Source of the DNA: Squalus acanthias | Lineage: Eukaryota | NCBI GenBank assembly: GCA_030390025.1 | Contig: CM059431.1 | Location: 100,256,001 to 100,320,000 of the forward strand | DNA length: 64,000 bases | Reading direction: 5' to 3' | Shown here: piece after piece, positions 40,991 through 55,374 of the stretch | Numbering within the stretch: position 1 is the first letter of the stretch | Layout: every line of letters begins with the position of its first letter | Position numbers and translations under genes: made by a program | Notes under the pieces: generated by a model | The model's database searches: none | Seen by the model: only the letters and a program-made list of their open reading frames with translations | Told to the model about the DNA's origin: nothing

Positions 40991-42319
40991 TTGTGCAGCA
41001 TTGGATTAATTTTTACCAATGTCAAGTTGGTGCTAAAGTGGACCTTTAAAATAATCCAGTAAGGAGATTAGACACAAGTCTATTAAACATGCAAATGAGC
41101 CCCTACCAGCTCAATTCTGCCATGAATTATTACACAAGAGACTTTGTGAGTTTCTAACTGTGAAATATATTCATGAAGTTGGTTAGTCATCAGTTTAGGA
41201 GCAACAACAGAGAAACAACAACTTGTTCTTACAAGGTGATGGGGAACTTGCATTTCTAATGTGGCATTTCATATCCTCAGGACTTCCTGAAACCGTTCAC
41301 AGCCAGTGAGTTGCTTTCGAAGTGTATTCGCTGTTTTGTACGTAAGTCGAAGCCAATTTTCACAGATGAACGGCTGGTTAATTTGTTTTTTGGAGATGTG
41401 GAATGATTATAAACGATAGCTAGGATACGTCCCCTACAGCTTCTTCGAATAAGTGCCGCGGGATTTTTTTGATTTAAATCCATCTAAACAGGCAGATGGA
41501 GCCTCAGTTTAACATCTCATTCCAAAAACAGCACCACCCAACAATACAGTCAGCCCTCAGTACTGCACTGAACTGTTGGATGAGATTACATCTAAGAAGT
41601 CAGTTTTGAAAAAGTAAGGGGGGGGGGGTCTAATCGAGGTGTTTAAGATGATTGAAGGATTTGATAGGGTAGAGAGAGAGAGAGAGAAACTATTTCCTCT
41701 GGTGGTGGTGGGGGGGGGGGGGGTCCAGAACAAGGGGGCGTCACCTTAAAATTAGAGCCAGGCTGTTCAGGGGTGATGTCAGGAAGCACTTCTTCACACA
41801 AAGGGTGGTGGAAATCTGGAACTCTCTCCCCCAAAAAGCTGTTGAGGCTGGGGGTCAATTGAAAATTTAAAAACTGAGATTGATAGATTTTTGTTCGGCG
41901 AGGGTATTAAGGATTACGGAACCAAGGCGGGTAGACGGAGTTAAGATACAGACCAGCCGTGATCTAATTGAATGGTGGAACAGGCTCGAGGGGCTGAATG
42001 GCCTCCTCCTGTTCTCATTGGGTGAGCTGCCTTCTTTCTTGGATCTCACCACCCTATGAGGCTCAATCTATTGCAGGATCCAGAAGTGAAGAGTTTGCAA
42101 TTCAGAGACGGGTGGGGGGGGGGGGGGGAGTGAATTTTCATCATCACCGCTCCATAAATTGGCAAAGGTGAACATTTCCCCGTGGAACCAAGTTTACGGC
42201 ACAGAAGGATGCCATTCGATCCACCATGTCAGTGCCGGCTCTTTGCTAGAGGAATTCAAACTAATCCCACTGCCTCGCTCTCTTCCCGTGGCCCTATACC
42301 TTCCTCTGTAGCATTCAAA

Positions 42320-42783
42320 GAAAGAAAGATTTGCATTTCTATAGCGCCTTTCACAACCACCGGACATTACAAAGCGCTTTACAGCCAATGAAGTACTTTT
42401 TGAAGTGTAGTCACTGTTGTAATGTGGGAAACGCGGCAGCCAATTTGCACACAGTAAGCTCCCACAAACAGCAATGTGATAATGACCGCATAATCTGTTT
42501 TAGTGATGTTGACTGAGGGATAAATATTGGCCCCAGGACACCGGGGATAACGCGCCTGCTCTTCTTCGAAATAGTGGCCGTGGGATCTTTTACGTCCACC
42601 TGAGAGAGCAGACTCGATTTAACATCTCATCCGAAAGACGGCACCTCTGACAGTGCAGCGCTCCCTCAGTACTGCACTGGGAGTGTTAACCTAGAACTTA
42701 CGCTCAAGTCTCTGGAGTGGGACTCAAACCCACAACCTTTCTGACTCAGAGGCGAGGGTGCTGCCTCTGAGCCACAGCTGTCA
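42320..42783 (-). mobile_element. Full-length DeuSINE with a single, unexpanded 33-bp unit
   Basis: Head, one CAGTGCAGCGCTCCCTCAGTACTGCACTG, Deu domain, tail. Confidence 0.88.
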
Positions 42784-45269
42784 GACCCCTCGCCATACAT
42801 CGCAAACGTATTTCCTGTGCCCCTATCTCCCATCATCTTTTAAATTTCATTTGAAACTCATCGTGATTGAAGAGCTTTGTCGCAGCTTGTGGCTTAAGAG
42901 TCTCTGCTTAAGAGTGCTGTACAATCTGCTGTGGTGTGAACTGCGGTTAATACTACAAAAAGCCTCCAGGCAAAATAAGCCGTTTTAAATCAGATAACAT
43001 GTGGATTCAGAGCCAAGTCAACTAGAAATCGTATATCATTTTAAGGAGATGCTGTTTCATCAGAGCAATGAGGCAGTAATCCACAGCAATGGCATTAAGT
43101 CCTGCCTGCTCACTGTATATGAAATAGGATGATGCAAAGACAGTGAATACAGGCTTGATTTACCTTCAGCAGCACTGAATACTCGAATTGATTGAAATAC
43201 TGACCGAAGATTACCCAGAATGTACAGCACAGAAACAGGCCATTCGGCCCAACTGGTCCGTGCTGGTGTTTATGCTCCACACGAGCCTCCTCCCACCCCT
43301 CTTCATCTCACCCCATCAGCATATCCTTCTATTCCAAACTCCCTCATGTGTTTATCTAGCTTCCCCTTAAATGCATCTATGCTCTTCGCCTCAACCACTC
43401 CCTGCGGCAGCGAGTTCCACATTCTCACCTCTCTCTGGGTAAAGAAGTTTCTCCTGAATTCCCTGTTGGATCTATTAGTGACTATCTTATATTTATGGCC
43501 CCTAGTTCTGGTCTCCCCCACAAGTGGAAACATCTTCTCTGTGTCTACCCTATCGAACCCCCTTCATAATTTTGAAGCCCTCGATCAGGTCACCCCTCAC
43601 CCTTCTCTTTTCTACAGTAAAGAGCCCCAGCCTGTTCAGTCTTTCCCGATAGTTATAAGCTCACAGTTCTGGTGCCATCCTTGTAAATCCTGTTTGCACC
43701 CACACCAGTGCCTCTCTATCCTTGTTGTAATATTGCAGAACAGAACTGGGCACAAGTGTCCTGCTGTTTTCCCTAATAACATAGTGGTAATTTTTTTTAA
43801 CCATATTTGAAGTTCCTAGGAAATGTCTGAGCATTGGTGGTAATTTTTGAATGCTGCTGGGCTCTGTCCGCTTTCAATATTCTGATTTGAATTGAAGTAA
43901 GCGTGTGGCTGTTGAACGTAATAACACAGAGGATTAAAAGCACAGTGAATTAATTGTCGTCCCATGTGCACACACGCATTCTGTACGAGATACTGGAGAA
44001 AGACACTGTAGGCTTCAAGAAGTACAAAAAAATCTGACTGCACACGTCTGATTATGTGACAGTTTCCATAGCGGCACATTGCTGATCACAAGAAAGAAAT
44101 ACTTAAAAGCAGAGAGGATTATACCGGCCGCTGAAGCTCGGTGAGTCCCAACAGAAATGCTGCTTCACAGATTTGGCAATATCGCAGACACGCTTACAAA
44201 AGGAGAGAGACTGGAGAAGCTGGGGTTGTTCTCCTTCGAGCGGAGAAGGTTAAGGGGAGAATTAATAGAAGCTTTCAAATTTATAAGGGGTTTTGATAGA
44301 GTAGACAGGGAGAAACTGTTGACACTGGCAGGAGGGTCAATAACCAGAGGACACAGATTTAAGGTGATTGGCAAAAATGCCAGGGGGGGGGGGGGGGGGG
44401 ATGATGAGGAGAATTTTATTTACGCAGCGAGTTATGATGATCTGGAATGTGCTGCCTGAAAGGGCGGTGGAAGCAGATTCAATCGTGACTTTCAAAAGGG
44501 AATTGGATAAATACTTGAAGGGGAAAAATTTGCAGGGCTCTGGGGATAGAGTGGGACTAATTGGAGAGCTCTTTCAAAGAGCCGGCACAGGCACAATGGG
44601 CCGAATGGCCTCCTTCTGTGCTGTATCATTCTATGAAAATAAGATGGGATATCACTTTTAGTCCTAAGGGAGGATATGCTACCCAAGACTATTAGCGCTT
44701 CCCGAGTCACCTCAGAATCACAGAATGGTTACAGCACAGAAGGAGGCGATTCGGCCCGTCGAGCCCGTGCTGGCTCTCTGCAAGAGCACTTCAACTAGTC
44801 CCACTCCCCCGCCCTTTCCCCGTAGCCCTGCAAAAAATTTTCCTTCAGTTAATTATCCAATTCCCTGTTGAAAGCCACGACTGAATCTGCCTCCAGCCAC
44901 CCTTTCAGGCAGTGCATTCCAGATCCTAACCACTCGCTGCGTAAAAAAGTTTTTGCTCATGTCGCCTTTGGTTCTTCTGCCAATCACCTTAAATCTGTGT
45001 CCTCTGGTTCTCGACCCTTCTGCCAATGGGAACAGTTTCTCTCTATCTACTCTGTCCAGACCCCTCATGATTTTGAACACCTCTGTCAAATCTCCTCTCA
45101 ACCTTCTCTGCTCTAAGGAGAACAAGCACAGCTTCTCCAGTCTATCCACGTAACTGAAGTCCCTCATACCTGGATCCATTCTTGTAAATCTTTTCTGCAC
45201 CTCTCCAAGGCCTTCACATCCTTCCTAAAGTGCGGTGCTCTTTGAAAATTATATGACGTTCTATTACGA

Positions 45270-46075
45270 TGTCAGCTGTGGCTCAGTGGGTAGCACTCTC
45301 TCTCTCCCCCCTGAGTCAGAAGGTTGTGGGTTCAAATCCCCCTCCAGAGACGAGCACAAAATCTAGGCTGACACTCCCAGTGCAATACTGAGGGAGCGCC
45401 GCGCTGTCGGAGGGGCAGCACTGAGGGAGGGCCGCGCTGTCGGAGGGGCAGTACTGAGGGAGGGCCGCGCTGTCGGAGGGGCAGTACTGAGGGAGGGCCT
45501 CGCTGTCGGAGGGGCAGTACTGAGGGAGGGCCTCGCTGTCGGAGGGGCAGCACTGAGGGAGGGCCGCGCTGTCGGTGGGGCAGCACTGAGGGAGGGCCGC
45601 GCTGTCGGAGGGGCAGCACTGAGGGAGGGCCGCGCTGTCGGAGGGGCAGCACTGAGGGAGGGCCGCGCTGTCGGAGGGGCAGCACTGAGGGAGCGCCGCG
45701 CTGTCGGAGGGGCAGCACTGAGGGAGCGCCGCGCTGTCGGAGGGGCAGCACTGAGGGAGAGCCGCGCTGTCGGAGGGGCAGCACTGAGGGAGAGCTGCAC
45801 TGTCGGAGGTGCCGTCTTTTGGATGAGACGTTAAACCGAGGACCCGTCTGCCCTCTCGGGTGGATGCAAAAGATCCCGTGGTACTATTTCGAAGAAGAGC
45901 AGGGGAGTTCTCCCCGGTGTCCTGGGCCAATATTTATCCTTCGATCAACATCACTAAAACTGATTATCTCTGGTCATTATCACATCGCTGTTTGTGGGAG
46001 CTTGAAGTGCACAATTTGGCTGTTGTGTTTCAGAGGAAATGCCTTGGGACATCCTGAGGTTGTGAAAGGCCCTGT
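45270..46075 (+). mobile_element. DeuSINE with 33-bp array (about 13 units, locus-specific variant)
   Basis: Unit variant GAGGGAGGGCCGCGCTGTCGGAGGGGCAGCACT. Confidence 0.85.
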
Positions 46076-46756
46076 GTACTTTCTTTTTCTTTTATTGATC
46101 CATTGAAATATATGCAAAATAAATTGTCATTAAAATTAATGCAATTTCTTGGAGGAAGCTCATTTCACAACCTGTTATTGATGGTTCTTGCTCCTGCCTT
46201 GCGATTCGAATGAGAACAGGCAAATCCCATCACCCAGGCGCTTTGTGCCTTCAGTAATCAACAGATCCAACACTCGAATCTCCTTGTAACTGGCCTGCTG
46301 ACCAATACTACTTTCTGAATAGATTGGTAAAATGTGTCCAAAAGCTGACTGCATGTTTTTCCAAATCAGCGTTTTTTTTAAATATTGAAACACTGTGATA
46401 ATGCTACGGCTCCCATTGAACTCTTGTCTCTGTTTGGGAAGTGTGGGGGAGGGGAAGATCAGCACGTTCTGTGCGCCGTGAACCTGATGGGTTGTTGCAT
46501 CAGCTGTTGGCAATTATTGGATTTGTGGTTTAAGAACAGAAATGCTCCTGTAATATTGTTTCTATGCCAGTAAATGTCACTGTTGCCCAATGTTATAAAT
46601 CACATTGCGACCGTTTCAATCTAAGTGTTCGGGCAATATTGGACGAATTTTTTTTAATTCCCAGTTTGATGCTCATCTGATGGTGTTAGCAGGTTGTAGA
46701 ATCATGTGGGCTAGAAATCCGTTATAGCCAAGAAATGGGCAGTGTTTAGATTAAAA

Positions 46757-47651
46757 GGGGGAGAAATTCAGTATCGCCCCGTTTGGGGCGCAATTATCGG
46801 CCGGGCACAAAGATTAGCGCCTGGCGCTAATTATTGCCTCCGATTGCAAACTTGACTTATCGCCCCTGGAGGTGATTGGAGCGCTAAATCAGGTGCTACA
46901 CATCTGTCTTAAGGCGCAAAGGCCGAGGAGCGAGGCGCTACCTCAGAGCGCTGGCGAAGCTCATGTGATGTCAGTCAGCAATGGAACACACACACAATGG
47001 CGCCGGCCAGTTCTTAAAGGGGAGGGTTGATCTTGCTTTCCATCCACATCCTGCTCATTGCAGCCTTGAATCTCGGCCTGGAGAGACCTGCACATCAAAT
47101 CTGCTGGAAAGAACAATGGAGAGTACCAGGAAAAGAGCTTAGAGTGCAGCCCCCACAATCTCTTCTAAATCGATACAAAGGGCGGCAAATCAAAATGAAC
47201 CTGCAAAGTGCTGCTCAGTACCCAAAACTCCTTCACACAGCGTTGAATCTCTCCAGAAGTCTCTCTCTCTCGCTCTCTCTCAGAAAGCGTGGTTCAAAAA
47301 TATCACCAACAATAAAAGGCAGGAAGCGGTCGCCTTTAAATAGCGCTCTCCCAGTCCCTTCTTGACTGCAAAGCGCTCCCCTCAACCTGTCGTTGCTAGC
47401 GGCAGGCGGTAAGGCAGGGGGCGCCACTCAATATCCGCTCCGGGGCGATACCGGGGCGTTGCGCACTCGACTGACGTCACGATCTGCCGGCGCAGGAGAT
47501 CATGGCGGTAGTGTTTAGCGCCGCCGCAAAATGTCTAGTTAATTTCGCGAGCAGCGCAAACATCGCCGCGCCCGGGCGCTAGACTCTTTGCGCCCCATTA
47601 GCGCCCTCTTAAGGCGCTAACGGGAGGCGCAACCAACTGAATTTTTCCCCC
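46757..47651. mobile_element. Non-autonomous PIF/Harbinger-like element
   Basis: 16-bp TIR GGGGGAGAAATTCAGT / ACTGAATTTTTCCCCC, AAA on both flanks, GCGC-rich subterminal regions. Confidence 0.8.
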
Positions 47652-47699
47652 AAAATGTTTAAGTAGCGGCAGTTGAAAATCGTCTAGGCTGCACGCAAA

Positions 47700-48940
47700 A
47701 TTCGTCTTCATTCCTCATTACAATGATTGCAGTCATGATTTTCGTCTAAAAGCTCAAGCTCATTGGCGTTACACTGAAAAGATGGACCAATATCGGGGGC
47801 AGTCTAAACGCAAGTAATGATTGCCACCGGTTTTTTTCACTACTTAAAGGGGAGGTCCAGTGATGCTGCAGCCCCTCATTCTCAGCATTGTTGGGTGTGC
47901 AGCTGCCTCAACAACTACAAGAAGGAGGACAAGAAGAAGGAGTACCTATTTACAAATCCTGATGACAGATCTCCGCCCCAGGGAAGAGAGCCTGGGGGTT
48001 TTCCAAGGATGCTTTGGAGGCATTGGTTTTAGTGCTGGAGTGAAGGCAGGTGGTCCTGTACCAACAGGCAGGAGGTCCTCGCCACAAGTCTGCCAGACTA
48101 TGTGGAGGGAGGGGACACACCACATCACGAGTAGCACTGTGCTCCCCAGGTCCCACACCCAGTGCAGGAGGAAGTTTAACGAGCTCACACGGGTGGGCAG
48201 GGTGAGTGAAGGCTTCAACAAATGCTGCATACCACCATCTGTACCACAAGCTTCGCACACTGCTCAATGCACCACGACCCCAGCACTCACCCACCAACAA
48301 TCTCTAACTAGCAACACTCACACCCACATCTCACACCTTGCACACAATGACAGCTATTCAACTATGGCAGGCATAGGGGTCATTATTTATTAGAATTCAT
48401 GTAATATGTGTGATATGTTTATAGATAAATTTATTAAGTATGTTTGGAATATTTTGTGGTCTCTCTCATTTCACCTCTGTGCCCAGGAAGATTGCGATAC
48501 ACCATGAGACAGAGATTGTATGATGGGGATCTGGTGAGCTACGGGGATCTGGGGTTTCATTCATGCGAGTCGGAGTCTGATGAGCCGGTCACGGACAGCC
48601 CATCCAGAAGGCCGATTGTCTTGCTGCCTCGACCCTTCCTCCTGTTCTTCCTCCTCCTCCTCCTCTACCTCGTCGTCTTCCTCCTCTTCCCCCTCTGCCT
48701 CGTCATCTTCCTCCTCCTCCTCCTCCTCTTCTGCCTCGTTGTCCTCCTGAGGTAATCCCACAATCCCGCCACCCCCATGACTGTGGGGCATTGTTGTCAG
48801 CAGAAGCACTTAACAAATAATGAGTAACTTCTGCACTTGAATCAACACTCCCAGTCAACAAAAAAAACTTGAAATAACTAAAGAAAGCTGTTTCAGTTGC
48901 AGGAAATAGCAAACAGGCACTGAAACTGCAGAACCCTGTT
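47700..48940. mobile_element. Harbinger-derived remnant with a Myb/SANT-like fragment (+) and an acidic transposase-like C-terminus (-)
   Basis: + strand MWREGTHHITSSTVLPRSHTQCRRKFNELTR; - strand poly-E/D followed by AVRDRLIRLRL; boundaries uncertain. Confidence 0.6.
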
Positions 48941-49950
48941 AAGAACATAAGAATTAGGAGCAGGAGTCGGCCATTTGGCCCCTTGAGCCTGCTCCGCCAT
49001 TCAATAAGATCATGGCTGATCATTGACCTCAATTCCACTTTCCCGCCCGATCTCCATTTCCCTTGATTCCCCTAAGAGTCCTAAAATCTATTGATCTCAG
49101 CCTTGAATATACTCAACGACTCAGCATTCACAGCCCTCTGGGGTAGAGAATTCCAAAGATTCACAACTCTCTGAGTGAAGAAATTCCTCCTCATCTCAGT
49201 CCTAAATGGCCTACCCCTTATCCTGAGACTATGTCCCCTAGTTCTAGACACTCCAGCCAGGGGAAACAACCTCTCAGCATCTACCCTGTCAATCCCCTTC
49301 AGAATCTTGTATGTTTCAATGAGATCACCTCTCATTCTTCTAAACTCCAGAGAGTATAGGCCCATTCTACACAACCTCTCATCATAGGACAGCCCTCTCA
49401 TCCCAGGAATCAATCTAGTGAACCTTCATTGCACCGCCTCCAAGGCAAGTATATCCTTCCTTAGATAAGGAGACCAAAACTGTGCACAGTACTCCAGGTG
49501 TGGTCTCACTAAGGCCCTGTACAATTGTAGCAAGACTTCCTTATTCTTATACTCCAACCCCCTTGCAATAAAGGCCAACATGCCATTTGCCTTCCTTATT
49601 GCTTGCTGTACCTGCATGCTAGCTTACTGCGTTTCTTGCATGAGGACACCCAAATCTCTCTAAACACCAACATTTGAAAGTTTCTCACCATTTAAAAAAT
49701 ATTCTGTTTTTCTATTCTTCCTACCAAAGTATAACCTCACATTTCCCTACATTATACTCCATCTGCCACTTTACTGCCCACTCACTTAGTTTATCTATAC
49801 CCCTTTGCAGACTCTTTGTGTTCTCCTCACAGCTTACTGTCCCACCTAGCTTTGTATCATCAGCAAACTTGGACACATTACACTTGGTCCCTTCATCTAG
49901 GTCATTAATTTAGATTAATATAGATTGTAAATAGCTGAGGCCCTTGATTG
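48940..49950 (-). mobile_element. CR1 LINE 3' portion, about 1 kb
   Basis: ORFs 49081..49413 and 49426..49617 carry CR1 ORF2 C-terminal motifs. Confidence 0.9.
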
Positions 49951-52711
49951 GGGATGGTGCCTTTAAATATAGCTGCTACAGTCTGCTTCCTGCTGGTAGA
50001 TGCCAGCTCTCCCTGCCAGCACTGCCGTTCAGGTAAGTGGCTATAACAAAGTTGGGAGATCGGACATTCAGTGAGCGTTGCACACTCACTGACGTCACAA
50101 TCTCCATGATGGTGAGGTCCCTGGCAATCGAGTTTACCGGCAGCGCTACCGGCAACACCGATATGGCATGCGGCGCTGGAACCGGCATCAGCTGTCGTTA
50201 GTGGTCTACGGCGTTTTACCGCCATCTTGTGGCGCAAACCACATGAATTTCTCCCCCATAGAATCTTACAGCACAGGAGGCCATTCGGCTCATCATGCCT
50301 GTGCCGGCTCTGTGAACGAGCTCTCCAATTAGTCCCACTCCACCTGCTCTTTCTCCGTAGCCCTGCAAATTTTTCCTTTTCAAGTATTTATCCAATTCCC
50401 TTTTGAAAGTTACTATTGAATCTGCTTCCACCGCCCTTTCAGGCAGCGCATTCCAGATCACAACTCGCTGCATAAAAAAAATTCTTCTCATCTCCCCTTT
50501 GGTTCTTTTGCCAATTATCTTAAATCTACGTCCTCTGCTTACCAACTATTTCCTCTGGTGGGGGGTGGGGGGTGGGGCGCGAGCCCAGTATAAGGGAGCA
50601 TCACCATAAAATTAGAGCCAGGCCGTTCAGGGGTGATGTCAGGAAACACTTCTTCACACAAAGGGTGGTGGAAATCTGGAACTCTCTCCCCCCAAAAAGA
50701 TGTTGAGGCTTGTGGGGGGGGGTCAATTGAAAATTTCAAAACTGAGATTGCTAGATTTTCGTTGGGTAAAGGTATTAAGAGTTACGGAACCAAGGTGGGT
50801 AGACGGAGTTAAGATACAGATCAGCCATGATCTAACAGAATGGCGGAACAGGCTCGAGGGGCTGAGTGGCCTCCTCCTGTTCCTATGATGCAGCTGCAAC
50901 GTGGGCCTCATGAATATTAATAAATTGGCTGCCGCGTTTCCTACAATAAAACAGTGACTACACTTCAAAAAGTACTTCAGTGGCTGTAAAGCGCTTTGGG
51001 ATGTCCTGAGGTTGTGAACGGCGCTGTGGAAATGCAACTCAGTTTGTTTCAGCCTGGTGTTCCTCTGGTGCTGCCTGATGAATCTGTCTTCCCTCACACC
51101 CTCCCACTGCTCCTCTTCACCATGCACGTCATTAAAAGTGGGTTTCCCATTGTACGGCCCGCAGATCCTAGCTCAGTGATTCTCTTGCTTGGAACTCTTT
51201 CCAAGGCGATACACAATGTAGGGGGAAGGCTTGCTGGGTACATAAGAGTGAACAGGTTTGTGGTGCATCCCAACATCTGGCCAAAGGTCTCCACAACAAT
51301 CTCGGTGGGCAGTTTCCCCGTTCACAAAAGACTTCGGCCTTGATAAACCGGTCCTGGACAGCAGCAGCGTTTAAACAGTGGGTGCAGGCGGTCAAAGGGG
51401 ACAAATAACATCATCCCATCCTAACTCCGACATTTGCACCTGGCTGCCTCAGTGAGGATGGGTTGCTTCTTCAACTTGCCCTGAAACTGAATAGAATTTC
51501 TGCCGGGGCGAATCACCAGTGGAAGTCTGGCGTAAATTACATAGAATTACATCGAGTCTACAGCAGAGAGAGAGGCCATTCGGCCCAACTGGTCCGTGCC
51601 GGTGGTCATGCTCCACACGAGCCTCCTCCCACCCCATCAACATATCCTTCTATTCCTTTCTCCCTCATGTGTTTATCGAGCCTCCCTTTAAATGCACCTA
51701 TGCTCTTCGCCTCAACCACTCGCTGTAGCAGTGAGTTCCACATTCTCACCACTCTGGCGTAAGTTGACCCTGTTGGAAATCCCTTGCCCCACAAAAGGTG
51801 CAAATCTTGACTCGCATCTACCCCCCCCCCACCCCCTTCCCCAACCAACCCAGGAATTTTGGGGCCTAATTATTTCGGAAGCGTGGCACGTTCTCAAAAC
51901 ACTGAAATTAAGCTTTCGGTGCATCTTATAAAGTGAGCAGAAAGGTCCCCATGGTGTCCAACGATGCTTCATGGCCCTCTTGTGGGCTGCCAAGACCACT
52001 CGGAGACGCAGCATCAGGTTTATACGGCCACAGTTGCCTTGTCCCAAAGCAGAGACCGAATCGCGACAATAAGAAAACAGCAGCATAATTGCACCCTTAG
52101 GGACTCGATCGTCTTGTCCTTGGAAGATGGGAAGCTGTGACAAAACCTCTGTGGGAGCTATTTCCAGCTGGTCGTACTCACGCACTGCGGAGCAAAGCAA
52201 TCTCAGAGGCAGACGATCCTTTGCTGGGCTTTATTGTGAGTCGGGGCTCGCTTCACGGGTATTCTAGTTGCACATTTGTGTTTTCCAAAGTCAGTAGGGA
52301 GCGACTTCCATAAATTTCCAAGACACTTGCACCGTGTGGTAGCGAGGGGAAGCTCTTGGAGCGTCACGCCATTATCACTTTATTTTATGAAACCAATAAT
52401 TCCTTGTGGGTGTGGAGATTCCAGGGTCTCCAATGTGAATCCCAAATATCAGGCACTTGAAAATCGGCTTTTGAAAATGTGCAGCTCAATCGTACGGCTG
52501 AATGTGAACCCGTCCCGCCTTTGTGAGGAGGATGGAGCTCACCTACATGAAAACATCTTGAAATAGTGGAGGTGACAGATGGAGAGATAGGAGGGCAGTT
52601 TGGTTTGATGATCTGCAGCCTGCTCAGGAAGATTCATGAGCAACTTGAAGGACCACAGAATATTGATTATTCAACTCAAAACTTCTGACCAAGGAAGATG
52701 TTAGAATCTAT

Positions 52712-53505
52712 GGGCTGGATTTTACCAGCCCTGAGGAGGCGGGACTGCTGGGAAAATGGGAAAAATTGGGAGCGGGACCCAATCCCGCTCCCAACCCGCC
52801 TCCAAAACATCTTCCTGGGAGGCGGGTCCCCGAGTCGCGCAGGGACCTGTCTGAGAGGCAGGAAGGGGATTAGAGCCAATTAACAGCCTGTTAACAGGTC
52901 GTTAACAGGCAGTTAAGAGGCTTTTCACCATTTTACGCCTGCTGATGCAGGCTTCCCAACGGCTGCGAACCTCGCCAGGGTCAGCGAGACAAGCAGTGGC
53001 TCTGCGGGGGTGAGAGGGGTCGCAATGTCAGCTGTAGAGGTGAGTGATGGGTGCAAGTGTGGACAGGTAAGTATGAGAGGAGAGTGTAAAGTGTTGGAAA
53101 ATTTTTCCTTACCTTTGTTTCTTTCTGCAGGCTTCAACCCTTGAGGATCCAGAGGTGCCTCATCTCAACGGCAGAGATGACAGAATGGCTGCTGCATTCT
53201 CAGATGCAGCAGCCGTCTGCTTTCTGCTGAGGAGAGAGGCCTTGGTGAGCCTGTGTGCAAGGGCTCACCTTAAAACAGAGATTGTCAGTATTTGACAGCT
53301 TCTCAAAGCTGTCAAACACTGACAATTCATCTATCAAAAAATTTGACAGATGAAGCGTCATACGCTAAACAACTTAACTAAACGGCTTAACAAGGCCAAT
53401 CAAGGGAGAATAGCGTGGGTTGGTCAGACGTCGCTGGGGGCGGGACTGAAACCTGGATACCAGAAGTCCCGCCTCCAGCACGTCTCCATTGAGAAAATCC
53501 AGCTC
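52712..53505. mobile_element. Non-autonomous Harbinger-like element related to 24285-26021
   Basis: TIR GGGCTGGATTTT / AAAATCCAGCTC and similar subterminal sequence. Confidence 0.6.
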
Positions 53506-55374
53506 ATAGAATCGTACAGCACAGAAGGAGGCCATTCGACCCATTGTGCCTGTGCCGGCTCTTTGAAAGAGCTTTACAAAGGATTACACAGGATATACGG
53601 CACAGAAACAGGCCATTCGGCCCAACCAGTCCATGCCGGTGTTTATGCTCCACTCGAGCCTCCTCCCGTCTTTCCTCATCGAAATCTATCAGCGTAACCC
53701 TCTATTCCCTTCTCCCTCATATGCTTGTCGCGCCTCCCCTTAAATGTATCTATACTATTCGCTTCAACCACTCCCTGTGGTAGTGAGTTCCACATTCTCT
53801 CCACTCTTTGGGTAAAGAAGTTTCTTCTGAATTCCCTATTGGATTTCTTGGTGACTTTCTTATATTGATGGCCTCTAGTTATGCTCTTCCCCACAAGTGG
53901 AAACATTCTCTCTGTATCCACTCTATCAAAATTTTTCATAATTTTAAAGACCTCTATTAGGTCACCCCTCAGCCTTCTTTTTTCAAGATTAGTCCCACTT
54001 CCCCGCTCTTTCCCCATATCCCTGCAATTTTTTCTCCTTCCAGTATTTATCCAATTCCCTTTTGAAGGCTACTATTGAATCTGTACCTACCACCCTATCA
54101 GGCAGCGCATTCCAAATCCTAACCACTCGTTGCGTAAAAAGTTTTTCCCTCATGTCGCCTCTGGTTCTTTTACCATTCACCTTAAATCTGTGTCCTCCGG
54201 TTACCGACCCTTCAGCCATTGGAAACAGTTTCTCATTTACTCCATCAAAACCCTTCATGATTTTGAATGCCTCTGTCAAATCTCCTCTTCGCCTTCTCTG
54301 CTCTAAGGGGAACAATCCCAGCTTCTCCAGTCTCTCCACTTAACCATTCTAGTTAAAGCAGTGGAAATGGTGATTCACCAACACCTCGCGGCTGCAGCCA
54401 AATCTTTCACTAAAAGAGCATTGCTTTTAAAAAACAATTTTACACTTGGGCTCTATAAAAGACCCGGTTTATATCGAGGTCCCTAGCTATCGACTGCTTC
54501 ATAAGAACATAAGAAATAGGAGCAGGAATAGGCTGTGGACCTAGATATAAGCTGGGTCTTTTATAGACTACTTGATAGCAATGGAGGTTTAGGCTGTAAG
54601 CTTCTGATTGGATTAACTGGGCAGAGGTGTCCAATCAATACACTTGCTGTTTTTGGGTCCGATTTTAAACCAAGAAAGTACGAGCAAATGAAACAGTACA
54701 GGGAGATTTACCAGAATGCTACCAGGGAGGAGGGACTTCAGTTATGTGGAGAGACTGGAGAAGCTGGGGTTGTTCTCCTTAGAGCAGAGAAGGTTAAAGG
54801 GGAGATTTAATCGAGGTGTTCAAAATCATGAAGGGTTTTGATAGAGTCAATAAGGAGAAACTGTTTCCAGTGGCAGGAGGGTCGGTAACCAGAGGACACA
54901 GATTCAAGATAATTGGCAAAAGAGCCAGAGGGGATAAGAGAATTTTTTTTACGCAGCGAGTTGTTGTGATCTGGAATGCGCTGCCTGAAAGGGCGGTGGA
55001 AGCAAATGCAATAGTCACTTTCAAAAGGGAATTGGAGAAATACTTGAAGAGGAAAAATTTGCAGGGCTCCGGGGAAAGAGCAGGGGGAGTGGGACTAATT
55101 GGAGAGCTCTTCCAAAGAGCCGGCACAGGCACGATGGGCCGAATGGCCTCCTCCTCTGCTGTGTCATTCTATGATAATAATCGTTGAATATTCCACATGT
55201 TTCGGGTAGGACAAGGGCACTAAACTGTTACTGGGAATAGCAGAGTCTGACTCTACCTTGTCCTTTGCCCTAGAGCAGAGATGTACTTTCGTTAGGAGGG
55301 GCTGCCTCCCATAGTCGGGTGAGTTACTAGTGACCAGGCCATTTTAGTGAGTCTCAGTGTAAGTTATAAAAGAA

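Larger units (their letters stand above)
41625..55175. mobile_element. Dispersed CR1 3' fragments (about 41625-42015 +, 43215-43735 -, 44205-44635 +, 44715-45240 -, 50258-50540 -, 50545-50887 +, 53506-54345 -, 54700-55175 +); the span also contains separately listed features
   Basis: The same CR1 motifs recur in the ORF track. Confidence 0.85.

Noticed and set aside
48561..48809. Poly-Glu ORF as a host exon
   Set aside because: Lies next to a Myb-like remnant and ends in a Harbinger-like RDRLIRLR motif; no supporting gene structure.
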